DNA from: Macrostomum lignano
Lineage: Eukaryota
Assembly: GCA_002269645.1 (NCBI GenBank)
Contig: NIVC01002176.1
Span: 1-64,000, forward strand
Direction: 5' to 3'
DNA length: 64,000 nucleotides
Below, one piece after another: positions 22,711 to 36,530 of the stretch. Made by a program: the position numbers and the translations under genes. A model generated the notes under the pieces. That model searched no databases and was not told the DNA's origin. It worked only from the letters and a program-made list of their open reading frames with translations. Every line of letters starts with the position of its first letter. Position 1 is the first letter of the stretch.

Positions 22711-25700
22711 ATGTCTGTTAAGTTTCTTGATGTTCGATCATTTGTATATGGAGGCACAGCTTCTGTATTTGCAGAGTTTGGTGAGTTGAATTCTTATGAT
22801 ATATTGTTAGTGTACATATATTATTAATATTAGAAATGGCTTTTTTCTAGAGGCTTAAGCAGGACTTCTAATTACAAAGAGCTTGAATGCTAAGACTAAG
22901 AGGTGCCAATATTTGGTTAGTATCTTGGTCGGGGATGCATGCAAATTTGGCGACAAGTCTTTTTATAGCCAAAGACAAGTTAAAGCAAATTTATATGTGT
23001 GCATGTAATAAGGCTTTCTTAAAATACTCATTAAAGTTTATATATGTGAAATAATGGCTGCATGAGTGTGTTAAAATGATAAGAAAAGTGTTGTTGAATT
23101 GGTCATTCTGCATCTTACATTTTTAAATTTTGTAATTTTTCTTTGCATTGGCATGGTGTATTTTTTCAAATCCATTTCCTGTACATTGTAATCAGTGGAA
23201 AGACCTTTAGTAGGAATATAAGAAAATCCTTTTTCTTGTTTTTCCCCAAGTCCCATTGCCTCTAAGGCTGTCCCACCTTAAAATTAACAAATATTTATTG
23301 GAAAGGACTTTAAAAACACACAAGGATAAATGATAGATAAAACAAACTCAATTAAAAACTAAAGCTAATATGCATTGAATAATACCATTGTAGTTGAAGA
23401 ATTGCCAAAATGATAAAAAATGTTTTATTCAGTAATTATTGCCAAATTTGCCTAGGTTGTTGCCAAATTTGTCCATTGTAAATCTCTATCGCCAAATTTG
23501 TTTGTTGCCAATTTTATCAATACTTATTGGTGGGTTAGGAAAGGGTTGGGGTATTGCTTTATTCTATATTTAGTAATGATAGGCCTAGGCATTGCAAATG
23601 CAATTCCCAGGCCCATCTTTTAGTTAGTCTAGGTTGAGATTTCAGTATGGGTCCTGTCAAGGTGCCAATACGCAAATGCACAAAAATAAAATTTGAATAT
23701 AAAGTAGGTTCTTGTCATTTTCTTGTTTTTCTTTGTTAATAATTTTTGTTTTTTGTTAATTTGTAGGTACTTTCCCCTTGGACACTGCTAAGACTAGGCT
23801 GATGGTTCAAGGCCAAAGGCAAACTGCAAGTGAAATTGTAGCATGTAGATATAAAGGCATGCTTCACACATTCTACAAGATATGTTTGGACGAAGGCCAC
23901 AAAGCATTGTTTAAAGGGTATGTAATAATTATCTTTCTGTTTTTTTAATTTTTCTGGTTTGTTTTCAATTAACTATTTGTAATTCTAATTGAATGATTTT
24001 ATAGTATTTATTATTTGCCAATGCAATATTTAGAAATATATTTGCTAATTTTGATAAAGACTTGAAGAATCTGGCTAGCTTTATAGTATATTTAGGGTTC
24101 CCCAAGTAAAGGTTAACTTTAGTTTTACAATATAGGATTGATCCCAATCCCAAAAAGTTCTGTTCAATCAAAATTCCATCTAATGCTTAAATATTAAATA
24201 TAGATCTTGATCCATTTCTATAATCTCAGAATCATAGTTTTAATAAATTCAATGTACCTCTCTAATCTTTTTTGGAATCAAATCTGAATAATAATAGCTA
24301 TTTTCATAAAGTTTGTTTTTAAATTAGTGTAAAAGTGTATAAAAATTGTCTTATTTAAATATTATGTATATTATTGTACATAAAAACAATAAATTTGAAT
24401 TTAAAGGTTTTCAAAATAGTAGGCCTAGATAGAAGGTTATTTAAGATTTAATTTAAAACCTTTAGCTTTTATTAAAGTGTATAGACCTTAAAAATTGTAC
24501 AAACCTTTTATAGTCAATAGCATTTAAAGCATAGTATTATATTAATGCTTAAGTGAAGATGTGTTAAAATACAATTATTATTTAAAATTCACCAAAAATT
24601 CCAATCCTTTAACTCCTTTATTTCCTTCTGGGGGGTACAAAATCAATACCACTATTGGAAAACACAAGCACAATACTTCATAAAGGTCACAAATTTTTTC
24701 CTATATATTCTTCAGGAAGGTTTAAAGTCAAAATTACTAATAAAAATACAGACGAGACTACAAAGGTAATAAAATAGGTATAACATTCTACTATCCAAAA
24801 TCCAATTCAATTTCTTCTTTCAGGAAGGTTTTTATATATGGAATACCATATAACTTCCATATCTCGAATCCACAATTCCAATTAGCAGCTTTGCTAATAC
24901 TTTGTAAGGTACGAAAGAACTACTGGCACATGGAAAATGTCAAGTGTTTTGGAATTTTCATTTAATAATCATTGGATTAAGGCATCCTTGAAACACAAGA
25001 AGAATAAAAATCTTATTGTCAGTGTTTGAAATTTATTCAAGTTAAACTTAGGGTAGATGAATACTTTTATTTGTACATAATTTTCTTTGATTGCATTTTG
25101 ATTTTTTGGCATTTAAATTGCTTAATTCTGTATTTGATTTAAATTTTACTCTATTTAATTGCTTTAAATTGTGCAACTATTAAATTAAAAAGCTCCAAAT
25201 AAAGTGCAAAACTTGAATCACAAATCAAAATTTTAATTTAATTTTTGTTAAACTCACAAGTAGCAACCTTGCTTGCTTACTTATGAGCTTTAAAACTAAA
25301 TTAACAATTGTCCATGTTCTTGCACAAAGTGCATGACTATTATAGCAAATTAATTATCAAGAAAGCAAATTATTTGGAGCTGCAATTGCCATTCTTCATT
25401 GCTAATTGTTCTCTATTGCAGGAAATTGGCACAATCCTGAATCCCGGCGCAACCAATGCTCAACTGGCTGTCAGTGGCTATGTGGGGCTATTTTATCAGA
25501 AGCCGAGGACTTTGAGAGCCTCGGTGGAGTGAGGATCAAGCACTCTCTGCTACATGTACTTAATATCAATTGGGCTATTCTTTATTGCCTAACATACATG
25601 CTTCCTCTATGTCTAGGATTTAGTGCCTAGGGCCTAGTTGATTCACATACACATGTAAATTTCGATTTATTTTTTAAAAAGCGCATTGTCGCCTTTTGTG

Positions 25701-28700
25701 CTGCTGTCTGCTTGATTAGGTCAGCCGGCTTGTCAAGGTATAAGGTACAAGGTTGTCAGGACACACCGTCTGCTTTAAGCTTCCATGGATTGCCATGACG
25801 CAACATCAGCAGCATCTGTAACCTAATTCCAATAAGACCTTGAAATATGTTATTCGGTTCAACGCATGTCGAACATCAAATTATGCATATTTATACGCCA
25901 AGCAAGATTTCTTTTTGCCAGCCGCTTTTTGTCTTAGAAGCTTATGCTTATTGTCTTGCGAACATCTCGTCAACTTACGGGTCTTCAAATGCCTGCTCGT
26001 TAGTATCATTCTTGAGAATCAGCAAGTCCTGCGGTGTTACTCTTCTTCAGCGATGAGAAGTGCTTCTGATTTGATTAAGCTAGTCGCAGCACCAGAGGCC
26101 AATAAAATGCGTTTTCGGCAGTTAATTCAAATTGGATTTGTTTTTTCAAAAAGACACGGACAGCAAAGTTAGCTTAGCTTATGATTAATAATTTACTCAG
26201 TATAGGGCTCAGAAGCCATGCTGTCTGATGATGAAATTAGTGGAACTGGAGCAAACAATCTTAGACAAAATTGTGGGTACAAAAATTCTCATTCGAGACT
26301 AGTCGCCAAAGTGAAGTTACATCGCTTCCGAATATCTTGATCGATATCGTTTTAAGTTTTTTTGTCTTGAGAACGAGAAAGACGGAAAGAAATATCTGCT
26401 GCTCATTTCGTTTACCGCTCAGCTCAAATCAATTCAGTGGATTCGTGCTCAGGATTTAGGCTAAAAATGGATTAATAAGATAGAGAGTTTGAGCGTTAAG
26501 CAGCAGCAGATTTATTAGGCATTGCAGAATGAATTAACCAATCTGCTGTTGGTGTGTATCTTGACGATTCACTGTTGCTAGACTTACTGAGCATCTGATC
26601 TGACCAGCTCCCCGCTATCCTTCCACGGGATATTTTTCCCGCATTCAGGTTGTCCGTGGCTCTGATCCGACAGGCCAGCTACGGCACCATCAAGGTGGGC
26701 ATCTACGAGAGTTTGAAACCGCACGCGGCCGCTTCAATTCCGTTCGCGCCGAAAGACACCATGCTGAACAACATCATGTGTGCTGCGGTTGCTGGCACCG
26801 TGAGCAGCTGTTGCGCTACACCAACTGATGTGCTGAAAGTCCGCCTGCAGGCTAGCGGCCTCTGCCCTAGCAACCGGTACACCGGCTCGTTAATTAACAT
26901 TTTCCGAACCATCTACCGGGAGGAGGGCCTGCGAGGCCTTTGGCGCGGTACAGGACCTACGGCGCAGCGGGCAACTCTGATCTGCAGTGTTCAACTGCCT
27001 ACCTATGAGGCTGCTAAACGGTTCCTTACCAGGCATCAGCTGCTCAAAGATGGCGGTGTTTGCCATTTTGTGTGAGTAGTTCATTGATTGTGTCTGCATT
27101 TGGCTGTGTTCTGTCAGTGACATTTGACTCAATTGACTGTCTCCTGCAGTGACATTTGACTGTCTCCTGCAGTGACATTTGACTGTCTCCTGCAGTGACA
27201 TTTGACTGTCTCCTGCAGTGACATTTGACTGTCTCCTGCTGCAGTGACATTTGACTGTCTCCTGCAGTGACATTTGACTGTCTCCTGCAGTGACATTTGA
27301 CTGTCTCCTGCAGTGACATTTGATTGTCTCCTGCTGCAGTGACATTTGTCTTTCATTTTATGGTAAACAATGTACTAAAATTGGTTACTGCAGAATGTAA
27401 AACCTACCTCCCGCCCACGGTCACCGACAAGAAAACTTATAAAAAGTTTGTGACCTCCTTTTTTATCTTATCTGTCGTGGGGTTTACTGTTTTTGCAGCC
27501 GTGTCTGTCAACTTTAAGCCGGGTTTTTGGGTGCTTGCTTGCAGAATATTCCGTATTGAGTCTGTGTTTCTTTCCATAAATGCTGCTGATATTATTAGCA
27601 TGCGTGCTGTTGTTGCATTAATTATAGGTTTTTACCAATTATTTTGCTATTCCACAGGTCCAGCATTGGGGCTGGTGTAGCCAGCGCTGCAGCGTGCAAC
27701 CCTATTGACGTTATCAAGGTGAGTTGTTGCACAGATCTGACAGTATTTTTCCCCGTATTTTTTGTTTAGGTTGATTTCATTTCGTTCGAGTTGACGGCTT
27801 ACTAGTTAGAGTTTTCTATTATTTACCAAAAAATTAGAGCCCAATTCTGGGGTTGAATTCTGCTGGTAAATAAGGTCGTATCTCATCATTAACGAGGTCT
27901 TTCCTTCCAGTGTTTTTTTCCAGTTTTGATAATAGAAAAATGGAAGCCTATTTATGCTTAGCATAGCGTAGAATTAAAAAAGGCCATTAAGTACATTCGT
28001 TCGCTTAATATATTTTTGTCTAGATTCTAGCGTGGCACATTAATGGCCCACGAAGCCACCAGTGACGAGAGAGTGCTTAAAAGAGTAAACAGATATGCTT
28101 GCTTATCTATGAAAAAACCGGCTAAGCCTAAGCCTATTATTCAAAGCATACAGCATCCCCGTTTTTGGCTTGCTTTGCAACGGCCTCAGTGCAGCCACCG
28201 CCAGCAGTGACGCCGCGTAGGGGGGGGGGCGAGAGTGACGGCCCTGCAGCAGCGAAGGGACGAAAGGGAAAGAAACAGCCTCGCGCAATGTAGAGTTTAG
28301 GTTTGTCTAGCAGATCACGTGACGCTAAGAGCTCTAGTAGTTCGTCAAGTGCGGCCGTCCAGTATTTTCTCTGTTCTATTTTTATAAATTTTCCACTCCA
28401 CTCTGAACTTCAAGGTCGATTCACGCTCAATAGCCGTGCGCAAAGTAGGTTGGGGATTGGACCCACCCCCTACTCCACCCAGTTGGCCACGCGTTAACTG
28501 CGTGCTTGGTAATTTTCCACTCACATTTTGACAAGTAATTAGAGTGCTTGTGTATAGCGCGTGCAGTTGCATTCACTGCGCCGGGGGCCGGAGTCTTGAG
28601 GCCGAGGCCGGTCTCTAAACCGGTTTAGAGTGTTTTCAAAAGCAGGGACGGAGTTCTGCCTTCTCTTTCCTAGAATTATTAGTGCAAAGCTGCTAGCGCA

Positions 28701-29409
28701 GGGTAATATACAGAGAAAAGAGTGGACGAGAGACAAGGCATCGTTCCCTATTATGCTACTGAATTTGTTAGTAGCTGCGCGTTCTCTACCGGAGTGGCAT
28801 GACAGCAACCCCCCTATTTACTCCCCGCCCCTGCTAAAGACAATGCTTTTAGTTTCAGTGTATGCCTTTATGTTGAGCCTTGTTTAATGACAATTCAAAC
28901 CATGAAAGATGCAGCCGCGAAAGCCTGGCTCAAAGCTCAAGTGTAGCTGTTTTTCTGGACCAACCTTGTTGTGTTTTTTGGGCTGTCCCTGGGTCATTCC
29001 AGCTGAGTTGTCTCTGTTTAGTTTATTGAGTACAGTGAGGAAAGTTGAATTTGAAAACCTCGCTAAATTTGTTTCACCGCAGAGCCGCATGATGAATCAG
29101 CACTACAGCAGCTGCAGCACCAAAGGCGCTGGTCTGTACACCAGCAGCTGGGACTGTCTGCTGCAGACCTGTCGGGCCGAAGGTCTCCGAGCTCTTTGGA
29201 AAGGCCTCGTGCCAAACTGTATGCGCCTAGGTCCGTGGAATATCATCTTCTTCCTGACTATGGAGCGGTTGAAGGCGCTCGACGCCACCGTGTCAAGCAT
29301 CGAGGCCAGCGACATCGAGTCTGTGCTGGGCAAGTCTCAGGAGATTGCAGTCGTCTCGCTTGAGATTGTTGACGGCGACGTGTGCTTGAAGGACCTGCGG
29401 GCCAACTGA
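22711..29409 (+). CDS. SLC25A30: Mitochondrial carrier, SLC25A30/SLC25A14 (KMCP1/BMCP1-UCP5)-like; exons 22711-22780, 23767-23917, 26649-27071, 27658-27718, 29083-29409; 343 aa
   Basis: All introns GT-AG and phase-consistent. Three carrier signatures [24 protein letters not shown]; [20 protein letters not shown] and [10 protein letters not shown] are typical of this subfamily. A30 versus A14 cannot be resolved. Confidence 0.93.
27113..27348. repeat. 23-bp intronic minisatellite CTGTCTCCTGCAGTGACATTTGA
   Basis: Direct tandem repeats just after the exon-3 donor of the carrier gene. Confidence 0.95.
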
Positions 29410-30812
29410 CGCACTGATTGAAATGCAGACTTGACTGGATTTTGTTAAACGGATGTATTCCATTTAGTTTAAGCCATGTTTTGACAGCTGTCAGTAAATT
29501 TTCATGACAGGCTTTGTTGCCTTCCTGTGTTTGAATTTCTCATTTTTCTGACTCCATCTTCGAATTTTCGATCGCGAGTCGCGTCAGCTGCAGAGCAGAA
29601 CTGGAAATTAAAACAAACAGCGATCCGGTTGAGTCTCACACTGAGCAGTTGCTGTGACACAATCTGTAATCTGCTCTCCTCAGACTCTTCGCATTTGCAT
29701 TTCGCTCTTCATCCACTCACAGTACAAATAAGCCCGATTTGATTCGCTAGTCCATTTGATGTCATCATCATTCCTGATTTAACCTCTAAATGTCCCTTCC
29801 GTTGCTACTTCGAAATGGATTCGTTGAAGCCCCCACCCCCTTTATGCGATGCCTTGCCAGCGAAGCACACTTTGAATTCTATAATCAAAACTGTAATTAT
29901 AATCCCAAACTTGGATAGTAACTAAACCAACAATCGGTACACTTCTTATTATTGTTTATAATAAATCTGTTGCAATCATTTATACAGTAACGCCGTTCAG
30001 TGTAATTTAAAACCACTGGCTTCATCAGTATACATACTCTTATATATAGCATACAACTGTCTGTGTTCACTGTATAAAAACAACTATAAATAATATACAT
30101 TAACAATAAAACTCAAGCCCCGGCTCTCAAGTGCCATCCTGTTCCTGTTAAAAAGTTCCAAATAAAAAAATCAACGCATTAATTGGAGTTTCCGACTTTA
30201 TAATTTGATACAGCATAATATGCGTGCACAGGATGTGAATGTAACTGCGACTTTAGCTGATGCACACAATTAATATTTGTAATTGTAATTAAATTAAATA
30301 TAGTTTAGACAGCGTATTGCGCGCATTGACAAGTAAAATTTCGCATTGATAAAATTAGTATGGACATAAAAGCAGCAACATTTTGCTGGATTTGCTAAAC
30401 CTACACAGTACACGGTGTACTAACAACACAAATTTAAGGATTAAAATAACAAAAGCATGTTTACACAGCTGGCATAGCGGTACGGCTTTTAGACTGACTG
30501 CATAATTTAAACAAATATAAAGCAATAATAGGATAATTTTGATAACAGCAAACAGCTTTAAATACCGGAATCGAGACAGCAACAGCGCAACACAACAATG
30601 TAGCAGCAAAATCGAAGAAGCAAACAGAGATAAAAGTGCTGAGATGAATTAAATTACAGCAGACTCGATAAACCTAATTAGAGATGATAAATAAAACAAA
30701 ACACAAACTGATGGGCGATGCAATCCATCTGATGAAGCACAACAGAGATACACGGATAACCATTTGACAGCAATGATAAGATTAGTCAGCAGCACTGCAT
30801 GCGCTCGTGACG

Positions 30813-33800
30813 TCACTCGGCAGCAGCAGCAGAAACCTCAGCTTCCACAGCTTCATCGTCAGGTTTCTGGCCGCCAACGCCGAGGCACTCCGACAGCAGG
30901 TTAATCATCTCGCTAGACTTCAAGGAGGTTCCTCCCGATGGCGCGGAGCCGGCGGTCGCGGCAGCTGCAGTGGTGGCGCTCGCAGTTGAAGCCGTCTCGG
31001 CATCCACCGCGGCAGTGGCGGCATCGTCGGGCTCCTCAGCGGCGGAGGTCAGGCCGCTGCGCCGGCGTTTCTTGATCGGCGAGGCGACCAGCGGCTCGCG
31101 CTTCACCGCCGCTGCTGCCCGCCTGCGCTTCCGGCCGCCGCCACCGTCTCCGTTGGCGTCGCCGCCGACTTCGGCATCGCCGGCGTCCTCTTCCAGGTCG
31201 GCCGCTTCGCTGCCGTTGCCGCTGACGCTGCCGGCTTTGCCGCTCCCGCCGCCGCCGCCGCCGCCTAGAGCAGCGTCATCCGACACGACGTCCTTCTCTA
31301 GCCGGAGCTTCTCGCAGGCGATCCGATGCACGCCGACTTCAACGGAGTCCGCCGACAGCAGGCGGATGACTCGAACTGGGCGCTCCTGGCCGAGTCGGTG
31401 GCAGCGGTCCTCCGCCTGCTTGTCGTTGTACGGATTGAAGTCAATGTCGTGGATGATGACGGTGTCGGCTGCCGTGAGGTTGATGCCTGCATCGGGGGCA
31501 AGGGACGCATTAATTATATCACGATTCTCAGGCATGCCCACCTGTGCCCTGCAGACAAGCGCTTCTCTCCAACACTGTCCCCACCCACGTAAAATTGCAC
31601 GCGCTGGCAGTATGAAAAGTGCAATAGTGCACAGACAGAGAGACACGAGTGCCGAGACAGAACAGCGAAGCAAAATCAAACACCGCAGCTTTACGGTCTG
31701 TTCTTTTACAGAAATATTTGTTGGCGCAGAAATGGCCAGACAGACTCCGAACTGAACTGGAATGACTTTTTGGCCTGGGTTCGCTGTGACCTCTATTTGG
31801 AACTGAAATGCGCAGAACCGCATCAGTTCAGACTGACGAGATGCGAGCGCTATGGGCTGGCAATTCTGCTATCGTATGAAGGTTATGAAAATATGGATAG
31901 ACTAGTCAGCAGTCAGCTAAACTTTTAGCTCCTACCGTGTTGCCTAACCATATTCTGTAGCTTTTCTGACGTCAGGAATATTCGTTTTTAAAGCCACAGA
32001 CGGCCCTATACTGGAGCCATAGACTACTATCTTATACTGAAGCCATAGACTACTACCCTGAACCTTATACTGAAGCCATAGACTACTACCCTGAACCCTA
32101 TACTGAAGCCATAGACTACCATGTACTGAAGCCATAGACTACCCTATACTGAAGCCATAGACTACCATGTACTGAAGCCATAGACTACCCTATACTGAAG
32201 CCATAGACTACCCTATACTGAAGCCATAGACTACCCTATACTGAAGCCATAAGCTACCCTATACTGAAGCCATAAACTACCCTATACCGAAGCCATAAGC
32301 TACCCTATACTAAAGCCATAGGCTACCCTATACTGAAGCCATAGACTACCCTATACTGAAGCCATAGACTACCCTATACTGAAGCCTAGACTACCCTATA
32401 CTGAAGCCATAAGCTACCCTATACTGAAGCCATAGACTACCCTATACTGAAGCTGTAGACTACTCTATAGTAAAGATATCTTTCTAACCTCTAATGAAAT
32501 ATAATTCTATACATTTTGGCTAATAAACAAGTCACCTTGCGCAGACCAACTGGCAACGCGCTAAAATATTTTCCCTAATTTGGTACTGGATTTTGGGGCC
32601 ACTTCCTGTGCAATTCTTCTATTCAGGCCTCAGAAGAAGGCAAACACATCCGGGGCAGTTAAGATTGATGGCGGCGGGTTTTGGCAGTTAATATACTAAG
32701 TAAGCTATTTTGCAATAAACCAAGGAGAAGCACAGCATATAAACCCCGAGGGCTCTGATAGGTAAATCAATTAATCTTCATATCCTGTTCATTTTACGCT
32801 CAGATTAACTTTATTAATAATCAAACCGGACTAAAGGGCGCCAGAGACTGCTGAGCTGCGGCTCCTGCGGTAGAGGCAAGCAGGATCACAGACACATGCA
32901 TGGTGAGGCGTAGACATACACAACCAGACAAAAATACTGACACTCAGACAGGTACACATACTCAGACAGACAGATAGACACTCAGACAGACAGATACAGA
33001 CACTCAGACAGACATATACAGACAACCAGACAGATACAGACACCCAGACAGACAGATACAGACACTCAGACAGACAGATACAGACAGACAGATACAGATA
33101 GACAGACAGACAGACAGACAGGTACAGACAGACATGGTACAGAAACTCAGACAACTCACCCAGCCCGCCAGCCCGGGTGCTGAGCAGGAACACGGGGATG
33201 CTGGAGTCCTCAGCAAACCTGTCCAGCAGCGCTTGCCGTTCGCCCACAGGCGTGGAACCGTCAACGCGCAGAAATCGAATTGCGCGCAGCTGCAGGTAGG
33301 CCTGCACAATGTCCAGCATCATGACAAACTGGCTAAACAGAGCCACACGATGTCCGGCAGCTGTGAGCTCTGGCAGCAGGCTGTCTAGCGCTACCAGCTT
33401 GCCAGACAGCAGCAGGTGCTCAGCCTCATCAAGCTGGTGCTCAGCCAGCACTGGGTACATCTGGCAGGTCCTGTGCAGCTCGAAGTCATTCATCGCGGCC
33501 AGATCTTCGTAGATGTAGTCCTCGTTGGCGCGCAGATGGCCGGGGTCCTTCAGCATCTTGCTGGCCATCTGGCGCAGCAGAGAGTCAGTGTACACCCGCC
33601 TGTGCAGCAGGCAGTGGTTGGCCGCCTTCCGCAGCTGCAGAATGTAGTTCACCGCCACCTCGCCGCTGCTGCCTCGCTCGCCGGCGCCTTCGAAACGTCG
33701 GCGAAGGCTGGCGACGAGTTCCTGGTACTCGTGGCGCTGGCGCTCCGTCATTGGGACCAGCATGACCTCCTCGGTCTTGGCCGGCAGCTGCGTGAGCACC

Positions 33801-36397
33801 TGGGCTTTGGTGCGGCGCAGAAAGAAGGGCCGCATCAGGCGCTTAGCGTGCTGGATCCGCTCCATCTCGTAGGTGGTCCGGTCAGCTGCCGCCGCTGGCA
33901 TGGCGGAGCCCGCAGACGACTCATCCGTGGTGGCCGAGCGCTGGGGTGGGACCGCAAATGACCATATTCTGATTCTCCCATTCTGATTCTCCCATTCTGA
34001 TTCTCCAATTCTGATTCTCCTATTCTGATTCTCCCATTCTGATTCTCCCATTCTGATTCTCCTATTCTGATTCTCCTATGTAGATTCTCCCATTCTCAGC
34101 TCCGATTCTGATTCCCCCATTGTCAGATCCCATTCTAATTCTCCGAGCTCCCATTGCGCCAGTACCTGAGCTCCAATCTCAAGCCACACAGCAGACTCAC
34201 CGAGAAGAGGTTGAACATCTTCTTGAGCAGGTCAGCGCACTGCCTAGACGCACTGAAGACATCCGGAATGACAAAGGACAGCAGAGACATCAGCTCAACC
34301 AGGTTGTTCTGCAGCGGGGTGCCGGTGAGCAGAATGCGCCGCTTCACCCGAAAGTTCATCAGCATTTTGTAGCGCCTCGACTGGCAATTCTTCAGCATGT
34401 GCGCCTCATCGAATATGCCGTACTCAAAGTCCAGGTTCTTCATCATGGCCCGGTCCTCCAGGGTGCCGGTGGCGATGTTGTACCTGCCAATTAAATTGGG
34501 GAGGATAGAGGCTCCGTACACATTCACCTGAAGGTTGTGACACAGGTTTGAAGGGCATCTGAAGGTTGTGACACAGGTTTGAAGGGCATCTGAAGGTTGT
34601 GACACAGGTTTGAAGGCACTCTGAAGGTTGTGACACAGGTTTGAAGGCACTCTGAAGGTTGTGACACAGGTTTGAAGGCACTCTGAAGGTTGTGACACAG
34701 GTTTGAAGGCACTCTGAAGGTTGTGACACAGGTTTGAAGGCACTCTGAAGGTTGTGACACAGGTTTGAAGGCACTCTGAAGGTTGTGACACAGGTTTGAA
34801 GGCACTCTGAAGGTTGTGACACAGGTTTGAAGGCACTCTGAAGGTTGTGGCACAGGTTTGGAGGCACTCTGAAGGTTGTGACACAGGTTTGAAGGCACTC
34901 TGAAGGTTGTGACACAGGTTTGAAGGCACTCTGAAGGTTGTGAAACAGGTCTGAAGGAAGCCTGAAGGCTGTGACACGGGTTTGAAGGCACTCTGAAGGT
35001 TGTGGCACAGGTTTGAAGGCACTCTGAAGGTTGTGAAACAGGTCTGAAGGAAGCCTGAAGGCTGTGACACGGGTTTGAAGGCACTCTGAAGGTTGTGACA
35101 CAGGTTTGAAGGCACTCTGAAGGTTGTGACACAGGTTTGAAGGCACTCTGAAGGTTGTGGCACAGGTTTGGAGGCACTCTGAAGGTTGTGACACAGGTTT
35201 GAAGGCACTCTGAAGGTTGTGACACAGGTTTGGAGGCACTCTGAAGGTTGTGGCACAGGTTTGGAGGCACTCTGAAGGTTGTGGCACAGGTTTGAAGGCA
35301 CTCTGAAGGTTGTGACACAGGTTTGAAGGCACTCTGAAGGTTGTGACACAGGTTTGAAGGCACTCTGAAGGTTGTGACACAGGTTTGAAGGCACTCTGAA
35401 GGTTGTGACACAGGTTTGAAGGCACTCTGAAGGTTGTGACACAGGTTTGAAGGCACTCTGAAGGTTGTGACACGGGTTTGAAGGCACTCTGAAGGTTGTG
35501 ACACAGGTTTGAAGGCACTCTGAAGGTTGTGACACAGGTTTGAAGGCACTCTGAAGGTTGTGGCACAGGTTTGGAGTGACCCTGAAGATTGTAATACATG
35601 TACGTGAAACTTGGAAAAAAATATGCCCTGAAAACACCCAACATAATCTAAACGGTTTAAGTTGTCCCTCAAAAAAAACTCCACTGCAACCCTATGACTA
35701 ATCCTGTCTACCAGCCGATCGCTAAGCAGAAAAAGTACACGCAAAGAAACAACCCTAGATTCAACACTATAGAAAAGTTCGTCTGGCTTGCTGATTTTAT
35801 AGCGTCAGAGCAGAAATTGGGAATTTTACAGAAGAGTGAAGCCAGAAAGGAAACTCTAAGAGGAGCGCAGAGGCATGAAAAATTGAGGATCTGCAGAACG
35901 GAAAGGGGTTGCTGGGATCTGGGGCCTGGGTCTGAAAATTAGACTTCACAGCAAAATGGCTGTAAATAAGTGAAGGGGGGGGGCTGAGGCGGGCATCAGA
36001 GACAGAGATTCAATAGAAGATTCTGCGGGAGATGGTAAATGGCTTTTCTAGCCTCAAGGCAACTGGCTAGCAAATTTAATAAATAGGCAGAGCTGGAGAG
36101 ACTGGCATCGGAGTCCTTGGGGATTTTTGAAGGCTTCGATGGGGGAGAGAAGGGGATTAGGGAAGAATTGAAGATCAGACGGATGGAGTCGTGTTTACTC
36201 ACTAGCTGCACTTTTATCCACTTAGATAGGGACTGCAGGGAGCCAATGACAGCTAGGCGGGACACAGGCAGACACAGGGAAATGGGAAATGTATAGGAAA
36301 AGAGACAGGCAGACAACCAGACAGACAAAAGACACTATGGCAGACATACAGACAGAAAGACAGACAGACAGACAGACAGAGAGACAGACAGACAGAC

Positions 36398-36430
<33 letters not shown>

Positions 36431-36431
36431 C

Positions 36432-36462
<31 letters not shown>

Positions 36463-36499
36463 CACAGACAGACAGACACACAGACACACAGACAGACAC

Positions 36500-36530
<31 letters not shown>

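Noticed and set aside
22905-23560. Scattered GCCAAATTTG direct and inverted motifs in carrier intron 1
   Set aside because: May be an old non-autonomous element, but the ends cannot be defined.
30970-31755. 261-aa + strand Ser/Ala/Pro-rich ORF
   Set aside because: Antisense shadow of the last SMARCAD1 exon.
34135-35744. 400-500 aa ORFs on the - strand
   Set aside because: Translations of the 31-bp array inside a phase-consistent SMARCAD1 intron; only the 34201-34483 part is a real exon.
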